Assembly: GCA_049975325.1 (NCBI GenBank)
Contig: JBNGDW010000003.1
Coordinates: forward strand, 1-39,418
Source: Candidatus Cloacimonadia bacterium
Lineage (GTDB): Bacteria > Cloacimonadota > Cloacimonadia > JGIOTU-2 > JBNGDW01
DNA length: 39,418 nt
Direction: 5' to 3'
The notes below the pieces were generated by a model. That model was not told the DNA's origin and made no database searches. It saw only the letters and a list, made by a program, of their open reading frames with translations. Below, piece after piece: positions 19,304 through 29,151 of the stretch (positions are counted from its first letter, which is position 1; every line of letters begins with the position of its first letter). The translations under genes were made by a program, and so were the position numbers.

Positions 19304-20539
19304 CTATCCACCAACCACCTGGCTTCCAGATATTGCATTGGAATTAAGTAGATTATCCATTTCGAATACAATTTGTTGAAATTCATTCCTAAGGTGTTCA
19401 GGCAAGGGTGGACCCGCTACATTTTCAAGCTTAAGTGGATCAATGGCTCTTCCCTTATCATAAATGGTATAATGAAGATGGGGACCGGTAGAGTATCCGG
19501 TTGAACCTACATATCCGATAAGCTGTTTTTGTGTTACTTTGGTACCAACATTTATTCCAGGCGCATAATTGCTGAGATGACCATATAGTGTAACATAGCG
19601 CCCATTCTTATGCCTGATTTTAATACAGTTCCCATATCCATTATTCCAACCTTTAAAAATTACAGTTCCATCAGCCGCTGCAACTACAGGCGTACCATAA
19701 GGAGCAGCATAATCAACTCCATTATGTGGAGCAACGATCTTCAAAATTGGATGGTACCGAGCATTGGAAAAATATGAACTAATATATGAATAGTTAAGGG
19801 GAGATTTCAAAAATGCTTTTTGAAAAGAATTGCCCTCTCTATCAAAATAGCCAAATATATCATCACCATTCTCAAAATAATAGGCAGTAAGATCGTACCT
19901 CTTTCCATTATAGGACGCAGCAAGGATTTTTCCATATTCGAGTATTTCACCTTTATGAGTAAATATTTCGTAGACTAATTTGCAGCTATCGCCCTCACGT
20001 GGATCGATGAAGAAATCAATATCCCACTGAAAAATATCACTGAATTGCATTATTAACTTTGGAGGAAGAGCTTGATCAACCAAGGCTTGATAAAGGGAAG
20101 TCTTAACTTCTCCAGAAATTGCTTGTATCTCTTTTGTAAGATCTATTTTGTTATAAATTGTATTAAAATCTCCTATTGTATCCCGTGTTACAAAATATCT
20201 ATCAATCTTATTGGGATGATATTCAAGCTTTTGTACCTGACCAAGGGTATCTAAAATAATTAGAAAGCTATCACCGGGCTGTGAATGTCTGAGATCGAAG
20301 TTGGAATTTAGTGAGTTAGTAATTTTGTATGCATCCTGAGCACTTATATTTTTTTCGATTAATTCAGCATATAACGATGAACCTGCTTTTATTTTTCCAC
20401 CTACATTAATGTATGGATGTTTTTCTTCTTGTTTGACTTGTTCTTCATTGTTATCATGAGTATCACAGGTAGCAATAAACAAGCTTGTTGCTAACATAGT
20501 AGCTATTAGGATTATTCTCAAGTTTTTTCTCTTCCTCAT
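19304..20539 (-). CDS. M23-family peptidoglycan DD-endopeptidase (MepM/Csd3-like)
   Basis: HNGVD (HxxxD), YGHLS and STGPHLHY (HxH) zinc motifs; N-terminal anchor or lipoprotein-like leader. Confidence 0.93.
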   Translation of the reverse strand: MRKRKNLRIILIATMLATSLFIATCDTHDNNEEQVKQEEKHPYINVGGKIKAGSSLYAELIEKNISAQDAYKITNSLNSNFDLRHSQPGDSFLIILDTLGQVQKLEYHPNKIDRYFVTRDTIGDFNTIYNKIDLTKEIQAISGEVKTSLYQALVDQALPPKLIMQFSDIFQWDIDFFIDPREGDSCKLVYEIFTHKGEILEYGKILAASYNGKRYDLTAYYFENGDDIFGYFDREGNSFQKAFLKSPLNYSYISSYFSNARYHPILKIVAPHNGVDYAAPYGTPVVAAADGTVIFKGWNNGYGNCIKIRHKNGRYVTLYGHLSNYAPGINVGTKVTQKQLIGYVGSTGYSTGPHLHYTIYDKGRAIDPLKLENVAGPPLPEHLRNEFQQIVFEMDNLLNSNAISGSQVVGG

Positions 20540-20558
20540 AAATCACTCCATAATATAC

Positions 20559-21788
20559 TCACAATTCACCTTTAGTTGCCGCAATAGCAGCTGTAACAGG
20601 GCTTGCTAAGTATGTATCACCATCTCCCTGCTTTCCTCGGAAGTTTCTATTTCCAGTTGAAACTTGAATCTCGCCTTTACCGGTCATCCCGATCTGACCA
20701 GAGGCACATCCGCCGCAACCCGGATTCGAGATTATGGCACCTGCGCGATAGAGAATATCGATCAAACCTTCTTCAAGCATATTGCCATAAACTTCCTTTG
20801 TAGCAGGCACTATTCTTAGCATAACACCCTGGGCAACTTTGTTGCCTTTTAAAATCTCAGCCACCTGGCGTATATCTTCAATACACCCATTGGTACAAGA
20901 GCCGATAAATACAGAGCTTACTTTTAACCCATTCAATTTTGCTACATCAGTAACATTATCAGGTCTCGGCGGACAAGCAATCTGTGGCTGCAGGTCAGAT
21001 ACATCGATATCAATCTCTTCAACATATTCGGTGTCATCATCTGCATAGATAAAATGCGGTTCAGTTTTGGTCCTTTTTCTAACCCACTTTGCAACCTCCT
21101 GATTGGGATTTGGGAAGGCTACAATTCCACCCAACTCTGTAGTCATACTACAAATAGTAACATACTCGGCAAAGCTAAGGTCTTTCAGACACTCCCCATA
21201 AAGTTCAATGCACTTACCAAGGGCACCTGAGCTTCCAAGCTTTCTAAGTATATACAAAATCAAATCTTTGCCAACAGTTGGATAGGAGAATGTACCTTTT
21301 AGATTTATTTTGATTGTTTGGGGCACCTCAAACCATGTTTTGCCGGTTCTAAAGGCAAAAGCAATATCCTGGTCACCCATCCCCTGACCAAAGGCATTTA
21401 CTGCACCTAAAATATTAAAATGGCTATCTGTGCCAACCATTGTTCTTCCTGGATAGGCAATACCTTTTTCAAGTAGAACATGAGTTCCGATTCCCTCATC
21501 TACATCAAAAACTTTTATACCGTACTTTCTTGCAAACTCCCGGCATATCTGCTGATTATTCGCATATGGAATAGTCTTAGCAGGTGCTACAGTGTCAAAG
21601 GTAAACAGCAGATTATCCGAATCTACAAGTGGCTCATCCGGATAATGTCTTTCAAGATTTTTCACCACATTTGGTCCGCCAAAATCACGGGCAGTACGGA
21701 TATCCAATTTTATCCATACAATTTTACCTGCTTCAACTTCTTCTTCAGAGTGATTTTGAAGAATTTTTTCTATAATCGTCTTTCCCAT
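20559..21788 (-). CDS. LeuC/HacA/DmdA-type aconitase-family dehydratase large subunit
   Basis: GTDSH, IGSCTNG, PGCGGC (three Fe-S cysteines), NRNFRG and YLASP motifs. Confidence 0.92.
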   Translation of the reverse strand: MGKTIIEKILQNHSEEEVEAGKIVWIKLDIRTARDFGGPNVVKNLERHYPDEPLVDSDNLLFTFDTVAPAKTIPYANNQQICREFARKYGIKVFDVDEGIGTHVLLEKGIAYPGRTMVGTDSHFNILGAVNAFGQGMGDQDIAFAFRTGKTWFEVPQTIKINLKGTFSYPTVGKDLILYILRKLGSSGALGKCIELYGECLKDLSFAEYVTICSMTTELGGIVAFPNPNQEVAKWVRKRTKTEPHFIYADDDTEYVEEIDIDVSDLQPQIACPPRPDNVTDVAKLNGLKVSSVFIGSCTNGCIEDIRQVAEILKGNKVAQGVMLRIVPATKEVYGNMLEEGLIDILYRAGAIISNPGCGGCASGQIGMTGKGEIQVSTGNRNFRGKQGDGDTYLASPVTAAIAATKGEL

Positions 21789-21839
21789 TTAGTCTCCTAC
21801 GGATGAACTCATTTTAGCCTGACCTATAAAAACTCTTTA

Positions 21840-22262
21840 TCAGCCAAAGTCTCTTCTATCTATTTTTTCAGACTTAGCCGATTCTTTCTCTATAAATTTC
21901 AGTATATCCTCAGATTTAGTTCCGGGCAAAAATATCTCTTTCACACCCAACTTTTTTAAAAATGGAATATCATCTTCAGGAATAACCCCTCCACCAAAGA
22001 CAATTATGTCCTCCGCACCCTTTTCTCTGAGGAGTTCTATGATCTTAGGAAAAAGGGCATTATGAGCGCCAGAAAGTATACTTAATCCAAGAAAGTCAAC
22101 ATCTTCTTGGATTGCAGCAGAAACAATCTGCTGAGGACTCTGTCGGATACCTGTATAAATAACTTCATAGCCAGCATCGCGCAATACTCGAGCTATAAAT
22201 TTTGCCCCCCTATCATGTCCATCTAACCCTGGCTTAGCAATCAAAATTCTTATTTTCTTCAT
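21840..22262 (-). CDS. methylmalonyl-CoA mutase small (cobalamin-binding) subunit
   Basis: [12 protein letters not shown] (DxHxxG), GLSILSGAH and GGGVIP motifs. Confidence 0.94.
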   Translation of the reverse strand: MKKIRILIAKPGLDGHDRGAKFIARVLRDAGYEVIYTGIRQSPQQIVSAAIQEDVDFLGLSILSGAHNALFPKIIELLREKGAEDIIVFGGGVIPEDDIPFLKKLGVKEIFLPGTKSEDILKFIEKESAKSEKIDRRDFG

Positions 22263-22369
22263 ATAACCTCTCTACGACAAAAACAAACAGTGAATACAAA
22301 AAACGAAAATTTAATTTTTATTTGTCAATTTTCCCCTTTGTTCATTATCTTCTAGCTGTATTACTAAAA

Positions 22370-24010
22370 TTACAAAATGGGTTGTTCCTCGTACTCACCG
22401 AATTCCTGGCGCAGTACATCACAGATTTCTCCTAAAGTCGCGTAGGCTTTCACCGCTTCGAGAATTGGGGGGAGTAGATTTTCATTTGTATTAGCAGCTC
22501 TTCGTACATTCTGCAATGTTTTCTTTACCTGCGTATCATCCCGTGATTGCTTGATTTTTCTCAGTTTTTCGATTTGCTTTCTTTCTACCGCTTCGTCAAC
22601 TTTTAGGAGTTGAAATGGAACCTCTTCCTCTGTCGTGAACTCGTTTACCCCTACAACGATTCGCTGTTTATTTTCCACTTGCTTTTGATACTGATATGCG
22701 CTATCCTGAATTTGTTTTTGTACATAGCCCTTTTCTATAGCCTCAATCATACCCCCTAACTTATCAATCTGCTCGATATATTCTGTAGCCTTTTTTTCTA
22801 TTTGATTTGTCATTGATTCAATGAAATACGATCCGGCAAGAGGGTCAATTGTATTAGCAACTCCACTTTCATGTGCAACGATTTGTTGGGTTCGAAGTGC
22901 TATTCTGACAGAATCTTCACTTGGAAGGGCAAGGGCTTCATCACGAGAATTCGCATGTAATGACTGCGTTCCGCCAAGAACTGCAGCGAGTGTTTGTATA
23001 GTAACACGGACAATATTATTGTCAGGCTGCTGAGCAGTCAGTGTCGAACCTGCTGTTTGAGTATGGAAACGTAATTTTTGCGAGCGAGGATTCTGGGCAT
23101 TAAATCTTTCCTTCATAATCCTTGCCCACATCCGACGGACTGCCCGGAACTTTGCAATCTCTTCCAAAATATCATTATGTGCATTGAAAAAGAATGAAAG
23201 ACGAGGGGCAAAATCATCAACATCCAAGCCTTCTTTAATTGCCGCATCCACATATGCTATACCATTAGCAAGTGTAAATGCTATCTCCTGAATAGCTGTA
23301 GCACCGGCTTCTCTTATATGATAACCTGAGATAGAAATTGTATTCCAGCGTGGCACATTTTCAGAGCAGAACTTAAAAGTATCTGTAATCAATCTCATAG
23401 AAGGTTTTGGGGGAAAAATATATGTTCCTCTCGCTATATACTCCTTCAAAATATCATTTTGGATAGTACCGCGCAATGTATCTTTTGCAATTCCTTGTTT
23501 CTCAGCCACCGCAATATACATCGCTAAAAGAATAGCAGCCGGAGCATTGATTGTCATTGAGGTAGATACCTTATCAAGTGGAATATCCTTAAAAAGTAGC
23601 TCCATATCTGCTAGGGTGTCTATTGCAACACCGACTTTCCCTACCTCGCCGCTGCTCATCGGATGGTCTGAGTCATAACCAATCTGTGTACAAAGATCAA
23701 AAGCAACTGAGATACCTGTCTGCCCCTGAGAAAGCAAGTATTTATACCTCTTATTTGATTCCTCAGCATCTCCAAAACCAGCATACTGCCGCATTGTCCA
23801 TAATCTACCGCGATACATTGTGGGCTGAATACCTCTTGTAAAGGGGTAAAGTCCCGGGTAGCCAAGATCTCGTTCGTAATCCAGTTCTTCCACATCTTCT
23901 GGGGTGTATAACCGCTTGATTTCTTCTGATGAGCCTGAAAGAAATCTGTCTTTCCTTTCAGGATGGTTTTCCACTGTTTTCTTCACCAGTTCTTGATATT
24001 TCTCCTTCAT
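22370..24010 (-). CDS. methylmalonyl-CoA mutase large (substrate-binding) subunit
   Basis: [37 protein letters not shown] and LGGTQSLH motifs. Tyr and Arg at the specificity positions match MCM rather than isobutyryl-CoA mutase. Confidence 0.93.
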   Translation of the reverse strand: MKEKYQELVKKTVENHPERKDRFLSGSSEEIKRLYTPEDVEELDYERDLGYPGLYPFTRGIQPTMYRGRLWTMRQYAGFGDAEESNKRYKYLLSQGQTGISVAFDLCTQIGYDSDHPMSSGEVGKVGVAIDTLADMELLFKDIPLDKVSTSMTINAPAAILLAMYIAVAEKQGIAKDTLRGTIQNDILKEYIARGTYIFPPKPSMRLITDTFKFCSENVPRWNTISISGYHIREAGATAIQEIAFTLANGIAYVDAAIKEGLDVDDFAPRLSFFFNAHNDILEEIAKFRAVRRMWARIMKERFNAQNPRSQKLRFHTQTAGSTLTAQQPDNNIVRVTIQTLAAVLGGTQSLHANSRDEALALPSEDSVRIALRTQQIVAHESGVANTIDPLAGSYFIESMTNQIEKKATEYIEQIDKLGGMIEAIEKGYVQKQIQDSAYQYQKQVENKQRIVVGVNEFTTEEEVPFQLLKVDEAVERKQIEKLRKIKQSRDDTQVKKTLQNVRRAANTNENLLPPILEAVKAYATLGEICDVLRQEFGEYEEQPIL

Positions 24011-24034
24011 ACGAATCCTTTTCCTATACTATAT

Positions 24035-25942
24035 TTATTCAAAAGCGTTTGCATAAAAATTTTTCAATTCGATAAATAGATTTGGTGGTGTAATTTTTTC
24101 TTTTTGATAATATGTGTCAAGCGTTCGCAACGCGAAACTAATATTTCTCTTTTCTTCTTTTAATATATCATCTCGTGTTTTTACTAAATTTTTCTCTGTC
24201 ATCTCTTTAACTTTTTCTAAATATTCTATAAGATATTTTGCAGAATTCCTTTCTTCCCCATTATACCTATAGGCTACAGCAAGATTAAAATATACCTTGG
24301 GAGACTGATTTAAGCTCAATTCCTGGCTATATTCCTCAATAGCCTGGTCCCATAAGCCTATATAAGAATAAATGAATCCTTTCCAGAAATGGGCTTGGGG
24401 GTAATGCGGATAGATGGCAAGTAAATTGTCAAAATATTTAATTGCTTTTTCATACTCTTTCGCATGGAAGTGAGAGTAACCCAGGTGATAAATAACTTCA
24501 TGATTGTAAGGAATGTATTTCAATGCCTGTTCTCCTGCCCGAATTGAAGCAGCAACATTAGGAAGGGATGCTTTAAACTTCTCTTTCGATTCCTGAAGAT
24601 ATGTAAAGCCTCTGATGTTCTGTACAGTGTTCCCAATGAGCCATACAAAGAGCGGAATAATAATCCAGAGAAGCCATCTACTGCCAACCTTGCGATTAAC
24701 CTTTCTGTCTTTTATAGGGTTCTTATCCGAATCATAGTTAGCAAATATAAGACCTGAAAAAAGGAAGAAATAAAATTGTAAAGGGGCTATTCGCATCGTT
24801 ATTGTGAATAGATTATGAGTAAGGAGAAATAGAAACGAAAGCAGGCAAGCGAAAACAAAGTATCGCCTTTCATCATCATACAGCTTAATCTTTCTCAAAG
24901 CCTCTCTTACTGTCAAAACAATAACTACCAAAAATAGCAATAAACCAATTATACCAGTCTCAGCCCACAGCTCAATCAATTCATTGTGGGCGTGTGTTAT
25001 AATATCTTCTTCTCCCACCAGACTATAGTCAGGACTTCTGTATTTGGGATAGAAATGCACAAAAGTGCCAAGTCCACTCCCTGTAAGCCAGAAATCCTTT
25101 ATATATTGGAGGCTTGAACTATAAAGTCTTTCTCTGAAAACAATTGTTGCTGGCCGCATAAAGTGAAAACTCATAAAAAGCATTACAAATATTAACCCCA
25201 CGCAAATCAAGCTGATAATCAAGAGCCGAAAATTTCTCTTTCTATATAGATAGAATAAGAAAAACAAACCGCTTATCAGAAAAAAAGCGACAAGCCCGCC
25301 TCGAGACTGTGTCCAGAAAAGAAATACTATGCAAAGAGCAAAAAGAAAAGCATAAATGTATTTTAAGTTCTGCTCCTTTTTGCCTACTGCCACTTTCCAT
25401 TTGTATGCCACAAAACCAATTAATGTAAGAAGATGACTCGCATAATAGTTAGGGTTTGCCCAGCTAAGTGATAAACGAGAAAAATCCCCACTGGATGATT
25501 GAAGAAAATAGCCAGGTATAATTGCTAGAATAAAGCCCAAAACTATGGCGTTTGCGAGCAAATTCCGCTCTCGTTCTTGAAAATTAAGTTGCGAAAGAAC
25601 AAAAAATAAAATCACATGCGGAATAAGATAGACCAGGACACTTATCCCAGAAAAGGAATGGTTTGAAAAAATGGTAATTATAACATTATAAAGAAGAAAT
25701 GCTAAGACAAATAGGTAGACAACCTTATTTTGAATCTGGGTAGATTGCGAAACAACAAAAGCAATGCTGATAGCAAATACTAATATTTGGATTATGAGGA
25801 TTTTATACGGAAAGAATAAATAAAATCTTTGAGAAAAAAAGAGAGGATTTAGTAAAAGGAGAGTCGCAATAAGAAGTGTGCTAATACTAAACGAAAGTGA
25901 ACCTTCCGCCAGCCGGCGGATTGAAACATTAGACATAGCCAT
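24035..25942 (-). CDS. O-antigen ligase/Wzy_C-family membrane protein with C-terminal TPR repeats
   Basis: NPNYYAS, TQSRGG and HAHNELIELWAETGIIG motifs, many transmembrane helices, TPR-like C-terminus. The track start at 25969 lies inside a terminator loop, so ATG 25942 or 25936 is more likely. Confidence 0.88.
   Translation of the reverse strand: MAMSNVSIRRLAEGSLSFSISTLLIATLLLLNPLFFSQRFYLFFPYKILIIQILVFAISIAFVVSQSTQIQNKVVYLFVLAFLLYNVIITIFSNHSFSGISVLVYLIPHVILFFVLSQLNFQERERNLLANAIVLGFILAIIPGYFLQSSSGDFSRLSLSWANPNYYASHLLTLIGFVAYKWKVAVGKKEQNLKYIYAFLFALCIVFLFWTQSRGGLVAFFLISGLFFLFYLYRKRNFRLLIISLICVGLIFVMLFMSFHFMRPATIVFRERLYSSSLQYIKDFWLTGSGLGTFVHFYPKYRSPDYSLVGEEDIITHAHNELIELWAETGIIGLLLFLVVIVLTVREALRKIKLYDDERRYFVFACLLSFLFLLTHNLFTITMRIAPLQFYFFLFSGLIFANYDSDKNPIKDRKVNRKVGSRWLLWIIIPLFVWLIGNTVQNIRGFTYLQESKEKFKASLPNVAASIRAGEQALKYIPYNHEVIYHLGYSHFHAKEYEKAIKYFDNLLAIYPHYPQAHFWKGFIYSYIGLWDQAIEEYSQELSLNQSPKVYFNLAVAYRYNGEERNSAKYLIEYLEKVKEMTEKNLVKTRDDILKEEKRNISFALRTLDTYYQKEKITPPNLFIELKNFYANAFE
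25905..25926. repeat. REP-like palindrome copy 4 (TCCGCCAGCCGGCGGA-TTGAAA), inside the predicted N-terminus of the ligase gene
   Basis: 20-bp identity to 2418-2437; reads IRRLAEG on the minus strand. Confidence 0.8.
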
Positions 25943-25949
25943 TACAAAG

Positions 25950-25988
25950 AAAAAAGCCCTATTCCGCATACACAGAATAGGGCCTTTT
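25950..25988 (-). terminator. intrinsic terminator after the 958-aa secreted protein gene
   Basis: 9-bp stem GCCCTATTC (25956-25964) / GAATAGGGC (25975-25983), followed by a U run on the minus strand; also T-rich on the plus side. Confidence 0.85.
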
Positions 25989-26000
25989 GAATAACCAAAT

Positions 26001-28877
26001 TTACCTCATGAGTATCATCTTCTTCACGGCTGAGAATTCATCAGTTTCCAACTTATAGAAGTAGATGCCATTCCCTATATTCCCAGGCTCCCAGTAGGCA
26101 ACTCCATCTTCACCTTCAATTGTGTCAACATGCTGTCCAAGGACATTATATATTTTGATTTCAACTTTCTGTAGAGGATTGTCCTTAATCTGATACCTGA
26201 TTTTGGTTGAATTCTTGAACGGATTTGGATAGTTCTGCCCAAGGAAACTGACCTCAAACTCATCTTCAGGGTCTATACCCACAGTTCCTAAACCGACTGT
26301 ATTAACATACCTGCCACCTGAAGAGACGACCCATGTTTCCGTGGCCTCATCCCAGAAGAAAGCATGGCCATAGTAAGCCTCCAGTCCTATATATTGCCTA
26401 ACCATATCATCAAAAAGTGGCTTAATAGGAGTATTTGGATCATCCACCGTTTGAATAACAAAGAAGTCTTCTGTCAAAGTCTGAGAGGTGGTAAGAGTAA
26501 ATTCTGCCCAATCATCAGTGAATGCTCCAGCAGCTGCATATGGGAACGTTTGAGAATAAATTAGATCACCAGGCAAACCATCTACTTCATCATATATATC
26601 AAAAGTTATGTTAACACTCGCACTAGGATCATCAGAATTATTAAAGAGATAGGTTTTGACTTTTTCAATTGTATATTCTGTCAGCACTTCATCGCTGAAT
26701 GGAGTAAAGTAAGTGCCGCAATTCCAGGAAGTTATGTAATTACCCGACCATTCACGAGAATTATATCCTAACTCAAACTGGCCTGCTGGAAGAATTTCGA
26801 TCTCAATTGATGTAGTATCATTTGTCAGATCAGCGTCTCCTGTCGCTTCTACCCAAGCAATAAAGTCATATGTTCCTGCTACAAGTGTGGTTGTTGGTGC
26901 TTGAGTCATCCAGCCAAGCGCATATTCTCCTGTTGCAACTTCCGGAGGGGAATTATTAAAGAAATCAAATGGGGTTGTACCAATACCATCAATGTCTATA
27001 CGCAATTTAGGAGATATTGTAGAAAGACCACCGTTTCCATAAACCAGACCAGGAGATAAAGTCATGCCTTCAGTGGTAGGATAAGGAATGACAGGGAATG
27101 CGCCGATTGCATCAACATCTGGTAGATTTGACCCTACGATAGTCACATCATCAACCCAGAAGCCTTCTCCGTCTCCACCATCATGATTATTATCTAATCT
27201 TACCACAATGGCAAGCACTATTTCTTTGCCTTGATATGCAGAAATATCATACCTTGGGCTGACTGTCCACTCATCAGTTACACCATAGTCATACCCCAAA
27301 TTTTCCATTGGTACTATTGGCTCATCTGGTATTAGGTTCTCCTCATCGAAATCTGAGAATATAGGAGTTCCATCGGCTGTGATCTCCACATTATCAACCC
27401 AGAAACCTTCAAATGTTGCTGCCGGGTCTGAAGCCAAGGCAAAACGTATCTGAACTGTTTCACCAACATAGGCTGATAGATCAAATTCTGCATCAAACCA
27501 TCCTTCGCTTGAGCCACCCCATCCAGGGTAAGATAATGTATCTGCAGAATTATGCGTATTCCAGGCTCCAGCATATGCGATAGTTACATTGTATGGATGA
27601 GCAGTGTCTTCAAGGAATTCATAGGTCTCCCAGTTATCAGTTGAGATTTGTACATTTGCAACATCCCAGCCATCGTAGGGAGGGTCTTCTCCACCTGGCG
27701 TTTCTGTCTCATACTGAAGTTTGCAAGTAAGATACCCTTCCGAAGCTGTTGCAAGGTCAATATCAGGTGAATATAAGTAATAGATTGCATTTTCTCCATA
27801 CAGATGCGTTTCTTCAGAGCCAGCATACCAGGAAGTCCCTCCTTCATATGCTTCATACTCAGAAGAGTGCCATGCTATTGCATCCTCTGTTTTACCAATA
27901 TATGCATACCAATAATCCTCAAGATAGCCATCTCCATCACCGTCTATATCAACGAGATCGCTATTAAACCAATATTCGAGTTCCAATCTTCCATATCCAT
28001 CCGGACACATAAAAGGAGGTGATATTAGCAAGTTCATTCCATCTGGGATAGGCATCATAAAGTCATCAATCCACCAGGAATGTATGGGGCTGTGAAAGGA
28101 GTCGGTTACTGTGGCCCAGGTATCAGCGTGGCTGGGCACCCAGGGAGCTTGATCTACCTCAATAATAGCATCAATACACCACTCATAGTCAGTACCCCAA
28201 TCCTCAACAACATATGTCCAAGTTCCACTTCCAGGAAGTATTTCTACAGAGCGATTTGCACCTGTAGTGCCATCATCTGAGATAATAGAAAGAGTATCTC
28301 CTGCAGGTACCGAATAGGTAATAAAGAAATCATCGGTTGTGTTTACTGTATAATCCAGGGAAGACAAATCTACATAATTCCAAGTGCCTATATTTGCTGT
28401 CACAACAACACTTCCTATCTCTGTGCCAGGAAGACCTTCTGCATCCATATCGTATACATGGACAATGGCTTCAGCTCCATCCGAGCCAGAATACCAATAA
28501 AAAAACGCTCCTGCTAATGTGCCGGCACGACGAGCAGTAAAGCGCACACCATATTCATCAGCTTCATCAGGAATGACCCAATAATAGGTAGGAGTACCAT
28601 AATACCAGATATCATCTACATCTTCAAAGTTATCTTGCCAGAGTAGATATTCTTGCTGATCCGGTTCAGGGGGTTGTTTAGAGGGAGCAGGTTCTTTCGG
28701 CACTCTAATCACTTTCTCATTTGCTGTTTCTAAGAGCGGATGCCTCTCTTTCTGCAGGACTGGCTGTATTTTTTCATACTTGCCGAGCTGTGGTTGCTCT
28801 TTTGCCATCTCTGCAAAGACCAACGAGCTCAGCATTAGTATGCTAACGATTGTAATCGCGGTTACTTTTGTTTTCAT
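26001..28877 (-). CDS. large acidic secreted beta-sandwich (MAM/cleaved-adhesin/InhA-like) protein with T9SS type-A-like C-terminal sorting domain
   Basis: Signal peptide; DLSAYVGETVQIRF...GFWVDNV and DISAYQGKEI...GFWVDDV repeats; C-terminal QNYPNPF...IYNVLGQ...GIYFYKL...KKMILMR; GGAGG Shine-Dalgarno sequence. Confidence 0.85.
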   Translation of the reverse strand: MKTKVTAITIVSILMLSSLVFAEMAKEQPQLGKYEKIQPVLQKERHPLLETANEKVIRVPKEPAPSKQPPEPDQQEYLLWQDNFEDVDDIWYYGTPTYYWVIPDEADEYGVRFTARRAGTLAGAFFYWYSGSDGAEAIVHVYDMDAEGLPGTEIGSVVVTANIGTWNYVDLSSLDYTVNTTDDFFITYSVPAGDTLSIISDDGTTGANRSVEILPGSGTWTYVVEDWGTDYEWCIDAIIEVDQAPWVPSHADTWATVTDSFHSPIHSWWIDDFMMPIPDGMNLLISPPFMCPDGYGRLELEYWFNSDLVDIDGDGDGYLEDYWYAYIGKTEDAIAWHSSEYEAYEGGTSWYAGSEETHLYGENAIYYLYSPDIDLATASEGYLTCKLQYETETPGGEDPPYDGWDVANVQISTDNWETYEFLEDTAHPYNVTIAYAGAWNTHNSADTLSYPGWGGSSEGWFDAEFDLSAYVGETVQIRFALASDPAATFEGFWVDNVEITADGTPIFSDFDEENLIPDEPIVPMENLGYDYGVTDEWTVSPRYDISAYQGKEIVLAIVVRLDNNHDGGDGEGFWVDDVTIVGSNLPDVDAIGAFPVIPYPTTEGMTLSPGLVYGNGGLSTISPKLRIDIDGIGTTPFDFFNNSPPEVATGEYALGWMTQAPTTTLVAGTYDFIAWVEATGDADLTNDTTSIEIEILPAGQFELGYNSREWSGNYITSWNCGTYFTPFSDEVLTEYTIEKVKTYLFNNSDDPSASVNITFDIYDEVDGLPGDLIYSQTFPYAAAGAFTDDWAEFTLTTSQTLTEDFFVIQTVDDPNTPIKPLFDDMVRQYIGLEAYYGHAFFWDEATETWVVSSGGRYVNTVGLGTVGIDPEDEFEVSFLGQNYPNPFKNSTKIRYQIKDNPLQKVEIKIYNVLGQHVDTIEGEDGVAYWEPGNIGNGIYFYKLETDEFSAVKKMILMR

Positions 28878-29046
28878 TATAACCTCCGTTTAACTTTTTA
28901 CATTCTTAATGTTTCCTTTAAGCCTATCTGTCAGTTAACACACTACTTTTTTAGCTATGAAGTTAACACATTTTACTTTCTCCCTCTTACAATCCAGCTA
29001 CCACTCAAGCTGTCCCCAATATCTGCTATCTGCACAACTTAATACC

Positions 29047-29076
29047 AGACTACTTCTTGAAGAAAAAAGATGTCAA
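29047..29076 (-). promoter_or_regulatory. putative sigma70-type promoter for the 958-aa protein gene
   Basis: TTGACA (29071-29076), 18-bp spacer, TAGTCT (29047-29052) on the minus strand, with an AT-rich upstream tract. Confidence 0.45.
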
Positions 29077-29151
29077 GTTTTTTTATATTTTTTTAATTTT
29101 TTTTCATAGCTAATTCATAAACTTTTTTCCTGGCCTGCAAATATAGAAAAA

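Noticed and set aside
25943-25969. ORF-track N-terminus MRNRAFFFV of the ligase gene
   Set aside because: It is simply the translation of the upstream terminator hairpin and U tract.
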